A stretch of 64,000 nucleotides of DNA from Angustibacter luteus. Lineage in GTDB: Bacteria; Actinomycetota; Actinomycetes; Actinomycetales; Angustibacteraceae. The stretch spans positions 186,001 through 250,000 of the forward strand of contig NZ_BAABFP010000004.1 in the NCBI RefSeq assembly GCF_039541115.1, read 5' to 3'. The notes beneath the pieces are model-generated. The model was not told the DNA's origin and did not search any database. It worked only from the letters and a program-made list of their open reading frames with translations. Positions within the stretch are counted from its first letter, which is position 1, and every line of letters begins with the position of its first letter. The position numbers were made by a program, and so were the translations under genes. Below, in pieces: positions 40,226-50,660 of this stretch.

Positions 40226-40549
40226 ATGGCGGCCCGCGAGACCACCGACGCGACCTTCGACCAGGACGTCCTGGCCAACGACAAGCCCGTGCTGGTCGAC
40301 TTCTGGGCTCCCTGGTGCGGCCCGTGCCGTGCGGTGTCCCCGATCCTGGACGAGATCGCTGGCGAGCACGCCGACCGCATCGACATCGTCAAGATCAACA
40401 CGGACGAGAACCCGCAGGTCGCGGCCCGGTACGGCGTCACCGGCCTGCCGACGATGAACGTCTACGTCAAGGGCGAGCTGGTGAAGTCGATCACCGGCGC
40501 CAAGCCCAAGCCGATGATCGTGCGTGAGCTCGCCGACTTCATCGGCTGA
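40226..40549 (+). CDS. trxA: Thioredoxin
   Basis: VDFWAPWCGPC. Confidence 0.96.
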   Translation: MAARETTDATFDQDVLANDKPVLVDFWAPWCGPCRAVSPILDEIAGEHADRIDIVKINTDENPQVAARYGVTGLPTMNVYVKGELVKSITGAKPKPMIVRELADFIG

Positions 40550-40621
40550 GCCATCCCCGCGTCGCCCGGCTACCATCGGGCGAATGCTGTGCGCGACCTA
40601 CGAGCGAGCAGGGGGTTGACG

Positions 40622-41770
40622 ATGGCGCTGCCCTCGATGCGCGTCGGCGACGTGGGGCCGCAGGTCACGGCGGTTCGCGAGCGCCTGGTGGCGACCGGTG
40701 ACCTCCCCGGCTCGGCCGCCACCGCGGACACCTTCGACACCGAGGTGGAGCGTGCGGTCCGCGCCTTCCAGCAGCGTCGAGGCATGCTGGTGGACGGCGT
40801 GGTTGGCTCGCAGACCTACCGCGCGCTGGACGGCGCGCGCTGGCTGCTCGGCGACCGCATCCTCATGCACACGCCCGGTCACCTGATGGCCGGCGACGAC
40901 GTGGGAGCGCTCCAGGAGCGCCTGCTCGGTCTCGGGTACCCGTGCGGGCGGGTCGACGGGGTCTTCGGGTCGAGCACGGACGCCGCGCTGCGCGACTTCC
41001 AGCGCGGGGTGGGGCTGCGCCCGGACGGGTTGGCCGGTCCGCACACGCTGCGGGGGCTCAACCAGCTGTCCCGGGCGGTCACCGGTGGCGCACCGCACGC
41101 GCTGCGCGAGGCGGACCGCGTCCGTTCCGCGGGCACGAACCTGCGCGGGCGCGTCGTCGTCCTCGACCCCGGGCACTCCTCGCTCGACCCCGGGGGCGTC
41201 GCCGGCGACCTGCGCGAGGCCGACATCACGCTCGACCTGGCCCGTCGGGTCGAGGGTCGGCTGGCCGCCGTGGGAGTGCACGTCGTGCTCACCCGCGGGC
41301 TGACCGGCGACCCCAGCCAGCTCGAGCGGGCTGATCTGGCCAACTCGCTGAACGCCGACCTCGTGCTGTCCCTGCACTGCGAGTCGCTGCAGAACGCCCC
41401 GCAGGCGCACGGGGTGGCCACCTACTTCTACGGCAGCCCGAACCAGGGCGGTGCCTGGTCGGCGACCGGCGAGCAGCTCGCGTCCCTGGTGCAGCGCGAG
41501 ATCGTGGCCCGTACCGACCTCCTCGACTGCCGCACCCACCCGCGCACCTGGGACATCCTGCGGCACACCGTGATGCCCGCCGTCCGGGTCGAGGTCGGTC
41601 ACCTGAGCCATCCCGGTGACGCCGCGCGCCTCGGTGACCCGGCCTTCCGGGACACCGTCGCCGAAGCCGTGGTCGTGTCCGTCCAGCGGGTGTACCTCGG
41701 TGAGACGGACGACAGCACCACCGGCACGCTGAACGTCGCCGACGTGATGGCGCGCGCCCACCAGTTCTGA
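40622..41770 (+). CDS. CwlM-like N-acetylmuramoyl-L-alanine amidase (two PG-binding domains plus Amidase_3)
   Basis: AVRAFQ..RG..VDG.VG (twice), VVLDPGH, LSLHCE, RVEVGHL, C-terminal TTGTL. Confidence 0.88.
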   Translation: MALPSMRVGDVGPQVTAVRERLVATGDLPGSAATADTFDTEVERAVRAFQQRRGMLVDGVVGSQTYRALDGARWLLGDRILMHTPGHLMAGDDVGALQERLLGLGYPCGRVDGVFGSSTDAALRDFQRGVGLRPDGLAGPHTLRGLNQLSRAVTGGAPHALREADRVRSAGTNLRGRVVVLDPGHSSLDPGGVAGDLREADITLDLARRVEGRLAAVGVHVVLTRGLTGDPSQLERADLANSLNADLVLSLHCESLQNAPQAHGVATYFYGSPNQGGAWSATGEQLASLVQREIVARTDLLDCRTHPRTWDILRHTVMPAVRVEVGHLSHPGDAARLGDPAFRDTVAEAVVVSVQRVYLGETDDSTTGTLNVADVMARAHQF

Positions 41771-41817
41771 GTCCTGTTCACGCGCCAGAGTCGTTGTGCC
41801 GCAACGGTTTCGGGCGG

Positions 41818-42462
41818 TCAGGTGCCGGTGAGTGCCGGCTGCCGAACGCTGCCGAGTAGCCGCTCGATGGCCTGCTCGACGTCCTCCCGCCAGGACAGCG
41901 TGGTCCGCAGGTCGAGGCGCAGGCGCGGGTGCCGGTAGTGCGGCCGCACGGTCTTGAAGCCGACGCTGCGCAGGAAGTCCGCGGGGAGCAGGCAGCCCGG
42001 CGCAGCCGCGTACCGCTCCCCCTCGGGCGGGTCCCCGTGCTCCAGCCCGAACGCCTCGATCGCACGGACTCCCCGCCGGGTCAGGTCCTTCGCGACGCCC
42101 TGGACCAGCATGCGGCCGATGCCGCCCCCGGTGAACTCGTCGACGACCCGCCCGGTCATCAGCAGCACCGCGTCACCACTGACCGGCGCGGTCGGGAAGG
42201 CCACCGCTCGGGGCACGAGGTGGGCCGGTGCGTAGAGCAGGTAGCCCGCCGGCTGGTCGTCCACGTAGGCGATCCGCCCGACCGAGCCCCACTCCAGCAG
42301 GGCGGCGGACAGCCACGCCTCCTTCTCGAACGCCGTGTCGCCGGCTCGCTCGGCCTGCCCAGCCGCGACCGGTGAGAGCTCCCAGAAGACGCAGGACCGG
42401 CACGGTGTCGGCAGGTCCGACAACGAGTCCAGGGTGAGCGGTTCGAGGCGGCGTCCGCTCAC
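41818..42462 (-). CDS. GNAT-like protein (Rv3916c type)
   Basis: CRSCVFWE, EKEAW..LLEWGSVG, GGGIGRMLVQ, RGVRAIEAFG, HPRLRLDL. Confidence 0.82.
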   Translation of the reverse strand: MSGRRLEPLTLDSLSDLPTPCRSCVFWELSPVAAGQAERAGDTAFEKEAWLSAALLEWGSVGRIAYVDDQPAGYLLYAPAHLVPRAVAFPTAPVSGDAVLLMTGRVVDEFTGGGIGRMLVQGVAKDLTRRGVRAIEAFGLEHGDPPEGERYAAAPGCLLPADFLRSVGFKTVRPHYRHPRLRLDLRTTLSWREDVEQAIERLLGSVRQPALTGT

Positions 42463-42486
42463 TCGTGCACCCGCCTCACGTGCGGG

Positions 42487-42789
42487 TCACCCCACGCCTT
42501 CCGGCAGTGCGCTGCGCAGGTCCGGCGACGACCTGCGCTGTCGCCCGGGGACGCCCACCAGCGTCAGGTCGACGTCCGAGGGCAGATCGATGCGCTGCGG
42601 CACCGGCGCCTCATAGGTTCCTTCGTGGGCCGGCCGCCGGCGGGGGGTGACCCAGGCGGCGACGTACCCCAGCAGCAGTCCCAGCATCAGCCCTCCGGCA
42701 GCCTTCCTCAGGAGGGCGGCCGGAGTCCGATCCGGCTGAGGGCCTTCCGCGCGCATGCGACCTCCCGATGGCTGCGGCGTCTCAGGCAT
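42487..42789 (-). CDS. Small membrane hypothetical protein
   Basis: One TM helix followed by TPRRR; fills the gap downstream of parB. Confidence 0.5.
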   Translation of the reverse strand: MPETPQPSGGRMRAEGPQPDRTPAALLRKAAGGLMLGLLLGYVAAWVTPRRRPAHEGTYEAPVPQRIDLPSDVDLTLVGVPGRQRRSSPDLRSALPEGVG

Positions 42790-42858
42790 CGTACGGCGCG
42801 GGCTCGCCGGGCCGGAAGGCCCAGGAGGATGGCGTCCGTGCCGCGGTCGGCGACCGGC

Positions 42859-43941
42859 CTAGTCTCGGGGCCGGTCCCCCGCGACGAAGGCGGCGTCACC
42901 AGGCGCGAGCAGGGCGACGATTCGGTTCAGGTCCTCGACACTCGCGAACTCGACGCTGAGCCGGCCCTTGCGGCGTCCGAGCGAGATCTGCACCCGGGTG
43001 TCGAACCGGTCGGAGAGCCGGTCGGCGAGCTCGTCCAGCTCGCCGTGCCGGGCGCCGGCGCGTGGCCGCTTCGGCCGGGCCTGCGGTTCGTCGTCCCCAC
43101 CGAGGGCGACGATCTCCTCCACCGAACGGACCGACAGCCCCTCAGCCACGATCCGCTGGGCGAGGCGCTCCATCGCTGCCCCGTCGGGCAGGCCGAGCAG
43201 AGCCCGAGCGTGGCCGGCCGAGAGCACCCCGGCGGCGACGCGACGCTGCACCAGCGGCGGCAGCTTCAGCAGGCGCAGCGTGTTGGAGATCTGCGGGCGG
43301 GAACGGCCGATCCGGGTGGCCAGCTCGTCGTGGGTGCAGCCGAAGTCCTCCAGGAGTTGGCTGTAGGCCGCGGCCTCCTCGAGCGGGTTCAGCTGGCTGC
43401 GGTGCAGGTTCTCCAGCAGCGCATCCCGCAGCAGGTCGTTGTCCGCGGTCTCCCGGATGATCGCCGGCACTGTCTCCAGGCCGGCTGCCTGGCTGGCCCG
43501 CCAGCGCCGCTCGCCCATGATCAGCTCGTAGCGGTCCTGCTCCCCCTCGAGGGGGCGGACCACGACCGGCTGCAGGACGCCGATCTCCCGCACGGAGTGC
43601 ACGAGCTCGGCCATGTCCTCCTCATCGAAGACCGAGCGAGGCTGCTTGGGGTTGGGCTGGATCGAGGTGACGGGCACCTCGGCGAACCTGGCTCCGGGTA
43701 CGGGGAGCAGCTCCGCCCCAGATGTTTCACGGGAAACATCGACCTCAGGAGCCTCCGGGGTGACGTCGCTGCGCTCGGCGTCGGGCTCCTGCTCGCCGCC
43801 GGTCTCCGCTGTCTCGGCAGCCGGGGCCGCCTCGCGACCCGGGAAGAACACGTCGACCGGACGGTCGTTGCCCGTGGCGGCCGGGCTGGAGGGGATCAGG
43901 GCGCCCAGGCCGCGACCCAGACCCCGTCGCTTCTCACTCAC
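42859..43941 (-). CDS. parB: Chromosome partitioning protein ParB
   Basis: [57 protein letters not shown]. Confidence 0.96.
   Translation of the reverse strand: MSEKRRGLGRGLGALIPSSPAATGNDRPVDVFFPGREAAPAAETAETGGEQEPDAERSDVTPEAPEVDVSRETSGAELLPVPGARFAEVPVTSIQPNPKQPRSVFDEEDMAELVHSVREIGVLQPVVVRPLEGEQDRYELIMGERRWRASQAAGLETVPAIIRETADNDLLRDALLENLHRSQLNPLEEAAAYSQLLEDFGCTHDELATRIGRSRPQISNTLRLLKLPPLVQRRVAAGVLSAGHARALLGLPDGAAMERLAQRIVAEGLSVRSVEEIVALGGDDEPQARPKRPRAGARHGELDELADRLSDRFDTRVQISLGRRKGRLSVEFASVEDLNRIVALLAPGDAAFVAGDRPRD
43723..43738. promoter_or_regulatory. parS site inside parB
   Basis: TGTTTCACGGGAAACA within the extended palindrome GATG...CATC. Confidence 0.85.
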
Positions 43942-45122
43942 GCGTCAGTTCCCTTTCGTCGTCCCCGGTCGGCGAGCTCCTTGGCCGCCTCGAGGTAGGT
44001 CAGCGCCCCACTGGAACCGGGATCGTAGGTCATCACCGTCTGGCCGTGGCTCGGCGCCTCGGAGATCCGCACCGAACGGGGGATGCTCGTGCGCAGGACG
44101 ACCTCGGGGAAGTGCTCGCGCACCTGCTCGGCGACCTCGGCCGACAGCCGGGTCCGCGCGTCGTACATGGTGAGCAGGATCGTGGAGACGTGCAGGTCCG
44201 GGTTGAGGTGCGCCTTGATCAGCTCGATGTTGCGGAGGAGCTGGGACAGCCCTTCCAGTGCGTAGTACTCGCACTGGATGGGGATGAAGACCTCTCGGGC
44301 GGCGACAAAGGCGTTGACGGTGAGCAGGCCCAGGGACGGCGGGCAGTCCACGAGGACGTAGTCGATGCGCTCCTCGCCTGCGTCGACCCGCGCCTGCAGG
44401 TAGGTGTTCAGGGCGCGCAGGAGGCGGGACTCGCGGGCGACCAGCGAGACGAGCTCGATCTCCGCGCCGGCGAGGTCGATGGTCGCGGGCGCGCACCACA
44501 GGTTGGGGACGTCCGGGCACTCCTGCACCGCGTCGGCCAGGGCCATGCCATCCACCAGCACGTCGTAGATGCTGTTGACCTCACTGTGGTGTGGGATGCC
44601 CAGCGCGGTGGACGCATTGCCCTGCGGGTCGATGTCGATGACCAGGACGCGCAAGCCTGACATCGCCAACGCGGCCGCCAGGTTCACCGTGGTCGTCGTC
44701 TTGCCGACGCCACCCTTCTGGTTCGCGACCGTCAGGACCCGCGTGTGGTCCGGCACCGGCAGCTTCTGCCCGTGCAGCACGAGCCGACGACGCGCGTCGT
44801 GAGCGACTTCCTGCGCCAGCGGAGTGTCGTCATCCGGCGTGGGCAGCGAGCTGGCGAGCTCGTCAGCGATCAGGCCCGCAGCCGCCTGGGCCGCCCGCTC
44901 GGCGTCCTCGGTCGCCAGCTCGGCGGTCAGGTCATCGTGGGCGTTGACCCCTGGGTCGGCAGGCAGCTGGGCGGATGTTTCCCGTGAAACATCGGGCCAG
45001 CCCAGCGACGACGTGCGCACGTCCACCGGGAGGTCGGAGGCCGAGGGGACGGCGGACTGGTCAGCTGGCCAGCCAAGTCCTGAGGTCGACGGCGGGGTCG
45101 CCGTCGTCGGCTCGGTGGTCAC
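43938..45122 (-). CDS. parA: Chromosome partitioning ATPase ParA
   Basis: [50 protein letters not shown]; start position uncertain. Confidence 0.95.
   Translation of the reverse strand: MTTEPTTATPPSTSGLGWPADQSAVPSASDLPVDVRTSSLGWPDVSRETSAQLPADPGVNAHDDLTAELATEDAERAAQAAAGLIADELASSLPTPDDDTPLAQEVAHDARRRLVLHGQKLPVPDHTRVLTVANQKGGVGKTTTTVNLAAALAMSGLRVLVIDIDPQGNASTALGIPHHSEVNSIYDVLVDGMALADAVQECPDVPNLWCAPATIDLAGAEIELVSLVARESRLLRALNTYLQARVDAGEERIDYVLVDCPPSLGLLTVNAFVAAREVFIPIQCEYYALEGLSQLLRNIELIKAHLNPDLHVSTILLTMYDARTRLSAEVAEQVREHFPEVVLRTSIPRSVRISEAPSHGQTVMTYDPGSSGALTYLEAAKELADRGRRKGTDA
44976..44991. promoter_or_regulatory. parS site in the parA 5' region
   Basis: TGTTTCCCGTGAAACA. Confidence 0.85.
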
Positions 45123-45218
45123 GCGGGGCCTCCACGAGGTTGGGGTCGAGGTTCAGTGTCCCCCATGAGGAGGACGGCTGGGTCGCGGGGCGGGAGCCGT
45201 CATGCCCGACCGCTGTGC

Positions 45219-45938
45219 CTACCGGCGGGGACGCGCTCGCCGGGCCTTCTTGGGCGTGGACGATGCTGGGCTCAGTCCCGTCAGCTCCCCCGGTCCGCGG
45301 TCGAGCCGGACGACGACCGTGGGCTCGACGAGGAGACCTTCACCGACGGTGATGACACTGGCGGCACACCCGGCGCGGGTCAGGAGGGCTGCCGCCGCGT
45401 CCACCTCGTCCTGAGCCGAGCTGCCCTTGATGGCCACCATCGACCCGCCCGGCTCCAGCAGTGGGAGGCCCCAGCGGGCAAGGCGTTCCAGCGGGGCGAC
45501 GGCCCGAGCCGTGACGAAGGCCGCGGTCAGCTCCCCGGCCACCTCTTCGGCCCTCGCCCGACGGACGACCACCCGGTCCAGGCCCATGGCCTCGAGAACG
45601 CTCGTCAGCCACGTGACTCGCCGCAGCAGCGGTTCCACCAGGGTGACCTGCAGGTCCGGGCGGCGAATCGCCAGGCACACCCCCGGCAGGCCCGCGCCCG
45701 AGCCGATGTCGATGACGGCCGCCCCTGCCGGGAGCAGGTCCGAGATCACCGCACAGTTGAGGACATGTCGCTCCCACAGCCGCGGGACCTCGCGAGGGCC
45801 GATCAGACCGTGCCTGACCCCCGTCGTCGCCAGGTGGCCGACGAACTCCTCCGCGAGGGGGAGCTGGTCGGCGAACACCGTGCCGGCGACGGCGGGAGTC
45901 GGGGGCAGATCGACCGGAGACGCATCCTCAGGTTTCAC
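45219..45938 (-). CDS. rsmG: 16S rRNA m7G527 methyltransferase
   Basis: GLIGPREVPRLWERHVLNC, DIGSGAGLPG, VEPLLRR, TARAVAPL. Confidence 0.94.
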   Translation of the reverse strand: MKPEDASPVDLPPTPAVAGTVFADQLPLAEEFVGHLATTGVRHGLIGPREVPRLWERHVLNCAVISDLLPAGAAVIDIGSGAGLPGVCLAIRRPDLQVTLVEPLLRRVTWLTSVLEAMGLDRVVVRRARAEEVAGELTAAFVTARAVAPLERLARWGLPLLEPGGSMVAIKGSSAQDEVDAAAALLTRAGCAASVITVGEGLLVEPTVVVRLDRGPGELTGLSPASSTPKKARRARPRR

Positions 45939-45963
45939 GTGGAACGCGGTTTCACGTGAAACG
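45931..45963. promoter_or_regulatory. Tandem parS pair over the rsmG start
   Basis: GGTTTCACGTGGAACG 45931-45946 and GGTTTCACGTGAAACG 45948-45963. Confidence 0.88.
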
Positions 45964-45965
45964 GG

Positions 45966-46622
45966 TCAGGAGGGCAGGACGACGACGTGGCGGTTCGGCT
46001 CGACGCCCTCCGACTCGGTCTGCAGGCCGAGGGCTGCCACCGCGTCATGGACCACCTTGCGCTCAAACGGGCTCATCGGCTCCAGCGCCAGCGGCTCGGC
46101 CGAGGTGCGGACCTGCTCGACGGCCTCACCGGCACGCGCGACGAGGGCCTCGCGGCGGGCAGCGCGGTGACCCGCGACGTCCAACATCAGGCGGCTGCGC
46201 TCGCCGGTCTGAGCCAGCACGGCCAGACGCGTCAGCTCCTGCAGGGCCTCCAGGACCTCACCATCGCGGCCCACCAGCCGCCGCGGCACCCGACCCTCTT
46301 CGGAGTCGACGATCGCCACCGCCGCACGGTCGCCGTCGATGTCGACGTCGATGTCGCCGTCCAGGTCGGCGACGTCCAGCAGCTTCTCGAGGTAGTCGGC
46401 CGCGACGTCGCCCTCACGCTCCAGACGGTCTGCCGCGTCAGTCGATGTTTCACGGGAAACATCGGACTCCCGGCTCTCCGCGTCAGAGACCTGCGATGAG
46501 GCCGCAATGGGGTCCACGTCGGCGTCCGCGGCCAGCGTCTCGGTGTCGATGGACGGCACGGAATCAAGGGGCGCCGTGTCAACGGGAGCGGTCTCGACGG
46601 GAGCGGTGTCGTGCTCGGTCAT
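45966..46622 (-). CDS. jag: Jag/KhpB (R3H) RNA-binding protein
   Basis: EGDVAADYLEKLLD, LEALQELTRLAV, PMSPFERKVVHD, SEGVEPNRHVVV. Confidence 0.92.
   Translation of the reverse strand: MTEHDTAPVETAPVDTAPLDSVPSIDTETLAADADVDPIAASSQVSDAESRESDVSRETSTDAADRLEREGDVAADYLEKLLDVADLDGDIDVDIDGDRAAVAIVDSEEGRVPRRLVGRDGEVLEALQELTRLAVLAQTGERSRLMLDVAGHRAARREALVARAGEAVEQVRTSAEPLALEPMSPFERKVVHDAVAALGLQTESEGVEPNRHVVVLPS
46446..46461. promoter_or_regulatory. parS site inside jag
   Basis: TGTTTCACGGGAAACA. Confidence 0.85.
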
Positions 46623-46707
46623 GGGGTTCTCCTCTGGGAATCGGTCAGTGACCGTGCCGCGTGGGTGCGGCGGGGATGGTGAGGGACTTGCGGACGTCCG
46701 CGGGGCC

Positions 46708-47826
46708 TCAGCCCTTGGACTTGGGCTTCTTGCGGGCCGGGGTCTTCGCGGTGCCGTTCAGGCCTGGCTTCGCCTCGGGCGTGCCAGGCGACGGTGCCTC
46801 GGTCGGCGGCGTCGCTGCGACGTCCGCGTCTGTGGCCGAGGTCGACGGGTCGGCCGTCGTCTCCGCAGCGGAGGCCTGCGCGCCGTCCGCCGTCGTCGCC
46901 TTCGTCGTCCGCTTGTTGCGCGGCTGCCGCTTGGGCTGCACCCGCTGACCGATCGGCGCAGCAGGAGCCTCAGGCTCGGCGGTGGCCACGTCCGAGTCGC
47001 CGTGGTGGTGCTTGCGCTTGCGCTCGAGCATCGCCTTCTCGGCGAGCGAGCCCGGGGCAGGCATCCGCCGGATCACGTAGAACTGCTGACCCATCGACCA
47101 GAGGTTCGTGGTCAGCCAGTAGATGAGGACACCGATCGGGAAGTTGACGCCTGACACCGCGAACACCAGCGGCAGGACGTACATCAGCATCTTCTGCTGC
47201 TTGGCAAACGGGTTGTCCAGCGCGGCGGCCGGCATGTTCTTCATCATCAGCTGACGCTGCGTGGTGAACGTGGTGGCCGACATCGCGATGATCAGGATGA
47301 CCGTGACGATCTTGACGCTCATGTTGCCGTCGGCGTTCAGGAACGTCGCCGACAGCGGCGCGCCGAAGATCGTGGAGTTGTCCGCCTGGGTCGCGAGCTC
47401 CTTCGTCAGCGGACCGATCGGCTCGGAGTTGCGGACGTACTGGTTGAGCACCCGGAACAGGGCGAAGAAGATCGGCGCCTGCAAGATGATCGGCAGGCAC
47501 GAGGCGAACGGGTTGGTCCCCGACTCCTTGTACAGCGCCATCGTCTCGGAGGTCATCGCCTGCCGGGACTCCGGATCCGTCTTCCCCTTGTACTTCTTCT
47601 GGATCGCCTGCATCTGCGGCTGGATCAGCTGCATGCCGCGTGATGCCTTGATCTGCTTCACGAACAGCGGGATCAGGATGATCCGGATCACGATGACGAG
47701 ACCGACGATGGAGAACGCCCACGTCCACCCGGAGGCCGGGTCCATACCGATGCCGGACAGCAGGCTGTGCCAGCCCACCATGATCCAGGCCACGGCGTAC
47801 TCGAGCGGATAGAGGATTTTGCCCAT
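46708..47826 (-). CDS. yidC: Membrane protein insertase YidC
   Basis: IRIILIPLFVKQ, NPFASCLPIILQAPIF, YWLTTNLWSMGQQ. Confidence 0.95.
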   Translation of the reverse strand: MGKILYPLEYAVAWIMVGWHSLLSGIGMDPASGWTWAFSIVGLVIVIRIILIPLFVKQIKASRGMQLIQPQMQAIQKKYKGKTDPESRQAMTSETMALYKESGTNPFASCLPIILQAPIFFALFRVLNQYVRNSEPIGPLTKELATQADNSTIFGAPLSATFLNADGNMSVKIVTVILIIAMSATTFTTQRQLMMKNMPAAALDNPFAKQQKMLMYVLPLVFAVSGVNFPIGVLIYWLTTNLWSMGQQFYVIRRMPAPGSLAEKAMLERKRKHHHGDSDVATAEPEAPAAPIGQRVQPKRQPRNKRTTKATTADGAQASAAETTADPSTSATDADVAATPPTEAPSPGTPEAKPGLNGTAKTPARKKPKSKG

Positions 47827-47847
47827 GCGGTGAGGTCCTCGTAAGGG

Positions 47848-48204
47848 TCAGGCGGCGGTCTGGTGACCGTCGAGGTGGTGGCATCCCTCGGCTGGTGCCG
47901 GGGATCCCTTCGCTGGAACGTGGTCGACGCCGCCCGGGTTCCACGGGTGGCAGCGAAGCAGGCGCCTGGCAGCGAGCCAGGTGCCCTTGATGGCGCCGTG
48001 CCGACGCAGCGCGGTGACCGCGTACGCCGAGCACGAAGGATAGAAGCGGCAGCGGGGCCCGAACCACGGCGAGACGACCAGCTGGTAGCCGCGCACGAGC
48101 TGGGTGAGCAGCCAGGCAGCCGGGCCGGGACGCTCAGGCGGCGCCTCGGTGCTCAAGTCGGTGCTCATATCGGTGCCCACATCGGTGCTCATATCGCTGC
48201 TCAT
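47848..48204 (-). CDS. yidD: Membrane protein insertion efficiency factor
   Basis: [38 protein letters not shown]. Confidence 0.93.
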   Translation of the reverse strand: MSSDMSTDVGTDMSTDLSTEAPPERPGPAAWLLTQLVRGYQLVVSPWFGPRCRFYPSCSAYAVTALRRHGAIKGTWLAARRLLRCHPWNPGGVDHVPAKGSPAPAEGCHHLDGHQTAA

Positions 48205-48614
48205 GAGGGCACGGACGATGTCCGGAGCAGGCGACCCAGCACGTGGTCCACCGACTCGGCCAGGTCCGCTGACGTCGCACCGGCGGCCGGCGGCAGCGCC
48301 CGCACCACCAGCAGCGAGCCGTTCGGCAGCCGATCCAGCCGGCTGGCCAGCACGGCCCGCAGGCGACGCTTGACCTGGCCGCGCACGACAGAGTTACCCA
48401 CGGCCTTGGACACGACGAAGCCGACGCGCACCGGGGTGTGCGTCGGCGAGGTTCGTTGGCTGGTCATGTCCCGGCCACGCAGGTCCTGACTCGGCGAGTG
48501 CTCGGAACCCGGCAGCAGGTGCGCCACCAGGTGGCTGCTGCCCGCTCGACGCCCGCGCCGGACGGCGAGGGTGAAGTCCTCGCGCCGACGCATGCGGTGC
48601 GCTGCGGGCAGCAT
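48201..48614 (-). CDS. rnpA: RNase P protein component
   Basis: [36 protein letters not shown]. Confidence 0.93.
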   Translation of the reverse strand: MLPAAHRMRRREDFTLAVRRGRRAGSSHLVAHLLPGSEHSPSQDLRGRDMTSQRTSPTHTPVRVGFVVSKAVGNSVVRGQVKRRLRAVLASRLDRLPNGSLLVVRALPPAAGATSADLAESVDHVLGRLLRTSSVPS

Positions 48615-48624
48615 GCCCGCGGCC

Positions 48625-48762
48625 TCAGGCCGAGAGCTCGCTGCGGCCCTTGCGGCGACGCGCGGCGAGGATCGAGCGACCCGCACGCGTGCGCATGCGC
48701 AGGCGGAAGCCGTGGGTCTTGGCCCGACGACGGTTGTTCGGCTGGAACGTACGCTTGCTCAC
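48625..48762 (-). CDS. rpmH: 50S ribosomal protein L34
   Basis: [28 protein letters not shown]. Confidence 0.97.
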   Translation of the reverse strand: MSKRTFQPNNRRRAKTHGFRLRMRTRAGRSILAARRRKGRSELSA

Positions 48763-48904
48763 GGTCTCTCCTACAGTCCCTGGTGCGTCTCCCCGGGAAG
48801 CGTGGGATCGGCCACCATCGGACACCAGCGCGGGTCGACGTCAGGAACGACGAGGACACGGTGCGCGGGCATGCGACAGCGGCCGCCACGAGGGGGACCC
48901 CTCC

Positions 48905-48934
48905 AAGGTACGGGCAGGGCGGTGAGAGGGTCAA
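48905..48934 (-). promoter_or_regulatory. Housekeeping promoter of rpmH
   Basis: TTGACC-N18-TACCTT on the minus strand. Confidence 0.65.
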
Positions 48935-49084
48935 ACCGCCGCCACGCCACCCGGGGGTGGCCAACCCGTCAGTATCGCCCCGGCTCGAAGAAGAGACCCT
49001 TCGACACGCCGAATATGCCACCACGACCTGACTGCTCGTGTACCGTTCCCGCTCAGGCTCCGGGGACTTCCGTACCGCCATTCT

Positions 49085-49117
49085 TTGTCCACAACCTGTG
49101 GATGAACGTGTGGACCG
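49085..49117. promoter_or_regulatory. DnaA boxes in the dnaA promoter
   Basis: TTGTCCACA 49085, TGTGGATGA 49097, TGTGGACCG 49109; TAGAGT -10 at 49124. Confidence 0.8.
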
Positions 49118-49175
49118 TACGCGTAGAGTGGGCGGCTTACGACCACGACGGTGCTGTATTGAGAGGGGCCTCAGG

Positions 49176-50660
49176 GTGCAGGTGACCGAGCCGGACTTGG
49201 CCCGCATCTGGCAGAGCACGGTGGCAGCGCTGGGGGACGCCGGGCTCAACGCCCAGCAGCGAGCATTCCTGCGGCTGGCCAAGCTCGTGGGGCTCATCGA
49301 CGCGACCGCCCTGGTGGCCGTGCCCAACGAGTACACCAAAGAGGTCCTGGAGCAGCGCCTGCGCGCCCAGGTGATCGACGCCCTCGGTGCCCAGCTCGAG
49401 CGCGAGGTCCTGCTCGCGGTGACCGTGGATCCCTCGCTCGCCACCGACCAGCCGCGTCCGGAGCTCACGCTCGAGGACGCCGGCGCCTCGGATCCCGAGC
49501 ACGTGGAGCACCCGGCCGCGAGCGATCACTCCGTCGTCCCGGACCTCTCGGTCACGCTGGACGACGAGCCCGCGCCCACGCCGTCCACGGCCGAGCTGCG
49601 CCCCCGCCCGCGCACCGACCCGGTCGAGGCGGCGCACCTGAACCCGAAGTACGTCTTCGAGACGTTCGTCATCGGCTCGAGCAACCGGTTCGCGCACGCC
49701 GCCGCGGTCGCAGTGGCCGAGGCGCCGGCGAAGGCCTACAACCCCTTGTTCGTCTACGGCGAGTCCGGGCTGGGCAAGACTCACCTGCTGCACGCGATCG
49801 GCCACTACGCGCGCAACCTCTACCCCGGCATCCGGGTGCGCTACGTGAACTCCGAGGAGTTCACCAACGACTTCATCAACTCGATCCGCGACGACAAGGC
49901 GCAGGCGTTCCAGCGCCGGCACCGCGACGTCGACATCCTGCTGATCGACGACATCCAGTTCCTGCAGGGCAAGGTGCAGACGCAGGAGGAGTTCTTCCAC
50001 ACCTTCAACACGCTGCACAACGCGAACAAGCAGGTCGTGATCACCTCGGACCTGCCGCCCAAGCAGCTGTCCGGCTTCGAGGAGCGGATGCGAAGCCGGT
50101 TCGAGTGGGGCCTGATCACCGACGTCCAGCCCCCCGACCTCGAGACCCGGATCGCGATCCTGCGCAAGAAGGCGATCCTCGAGCGGATGACCGCCCCGGA
50201 CGACGTGATGGAGTACATCGCGAGCCGGATCTCGACGAACATCCGCGAGCTCGAGGGCGCGCTGATCCGGGTCACGGCGTTCGCCAGTCTGAACCGGCAG
50301 GCAGTCGACCTGTCGCTGGCCGAGATCGTGCTGAAGGACCTGATCCCCAGCGACGGCAGCCCGGAGATCACCTCCGCCGTGATCATCGGGCAGACCGCGT
50401 CGTACTTCGGTCTGACGATCGACGACCTGCAGGGCTCGTCCCGCTCGCGGGTGCTCGTCAACGCCCGCCAGATCGCCATGTACCTGTGCCGCGAGCTCAC
50501 GGACCTGTCGCTGCCCAAGATCGGGCAGCAGTTCGGCAACCGGGACCACACCACCGTCATGCACGCGGAGCGCAAGATCCGTCAGCTGATGGCCGAGCGC
50601 CGCAGCATCTTCAACCAGGTCACCGAGCTGACCAACCGGATCAAGCAGCAGAGCCGCTGA
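49176..50660 (+). CDS. dnaA: Chromosomal replication initiator
   Basis: [54 protein letters not shown]. Confidence 0.98.
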   Translation: MQVTEPDLARIWQSTVAALGDAGLNAQQRAFLRLAKLVGLIDATALVAVPNEYTKEVLEQRLRAQVIDALGAQLEREVLLAVTVDPSLATDQPRPELTLEDAGASDPEHVEHPAASDHSVVPDLSVTLDDEPAPTPSTAELRPRPRTDPVEAAHLNPKYVFETFVIGSSNRFAHAAAVAVAEAPAKAYNPLFVYGESGLGKTHLLHAIGHYARNLYPGIRVRYVNSEEFTNDFINSIRDDKAQAFQRRHRDVDILLIDDIQFLQGKVQTQEEFFHTFNTLHNANKQVVITSDLPPKQLSGFEERMRSRFEWGLITDVQPPDLETRIAILRKKAILERMTAPDDVMEYIASRISTNIRELEGALIRVTAFASLNRQAVDLSLAEIVLKDLIPSDGSPEITSAVIIGQTASYFGLTIDDLQGSSRSRVLVNARQIAMYLCRELTDLSLPKIGQQFGNRDHTTVMHAERKIRQLMAERRSIFNQVTELTNRIKQQSR

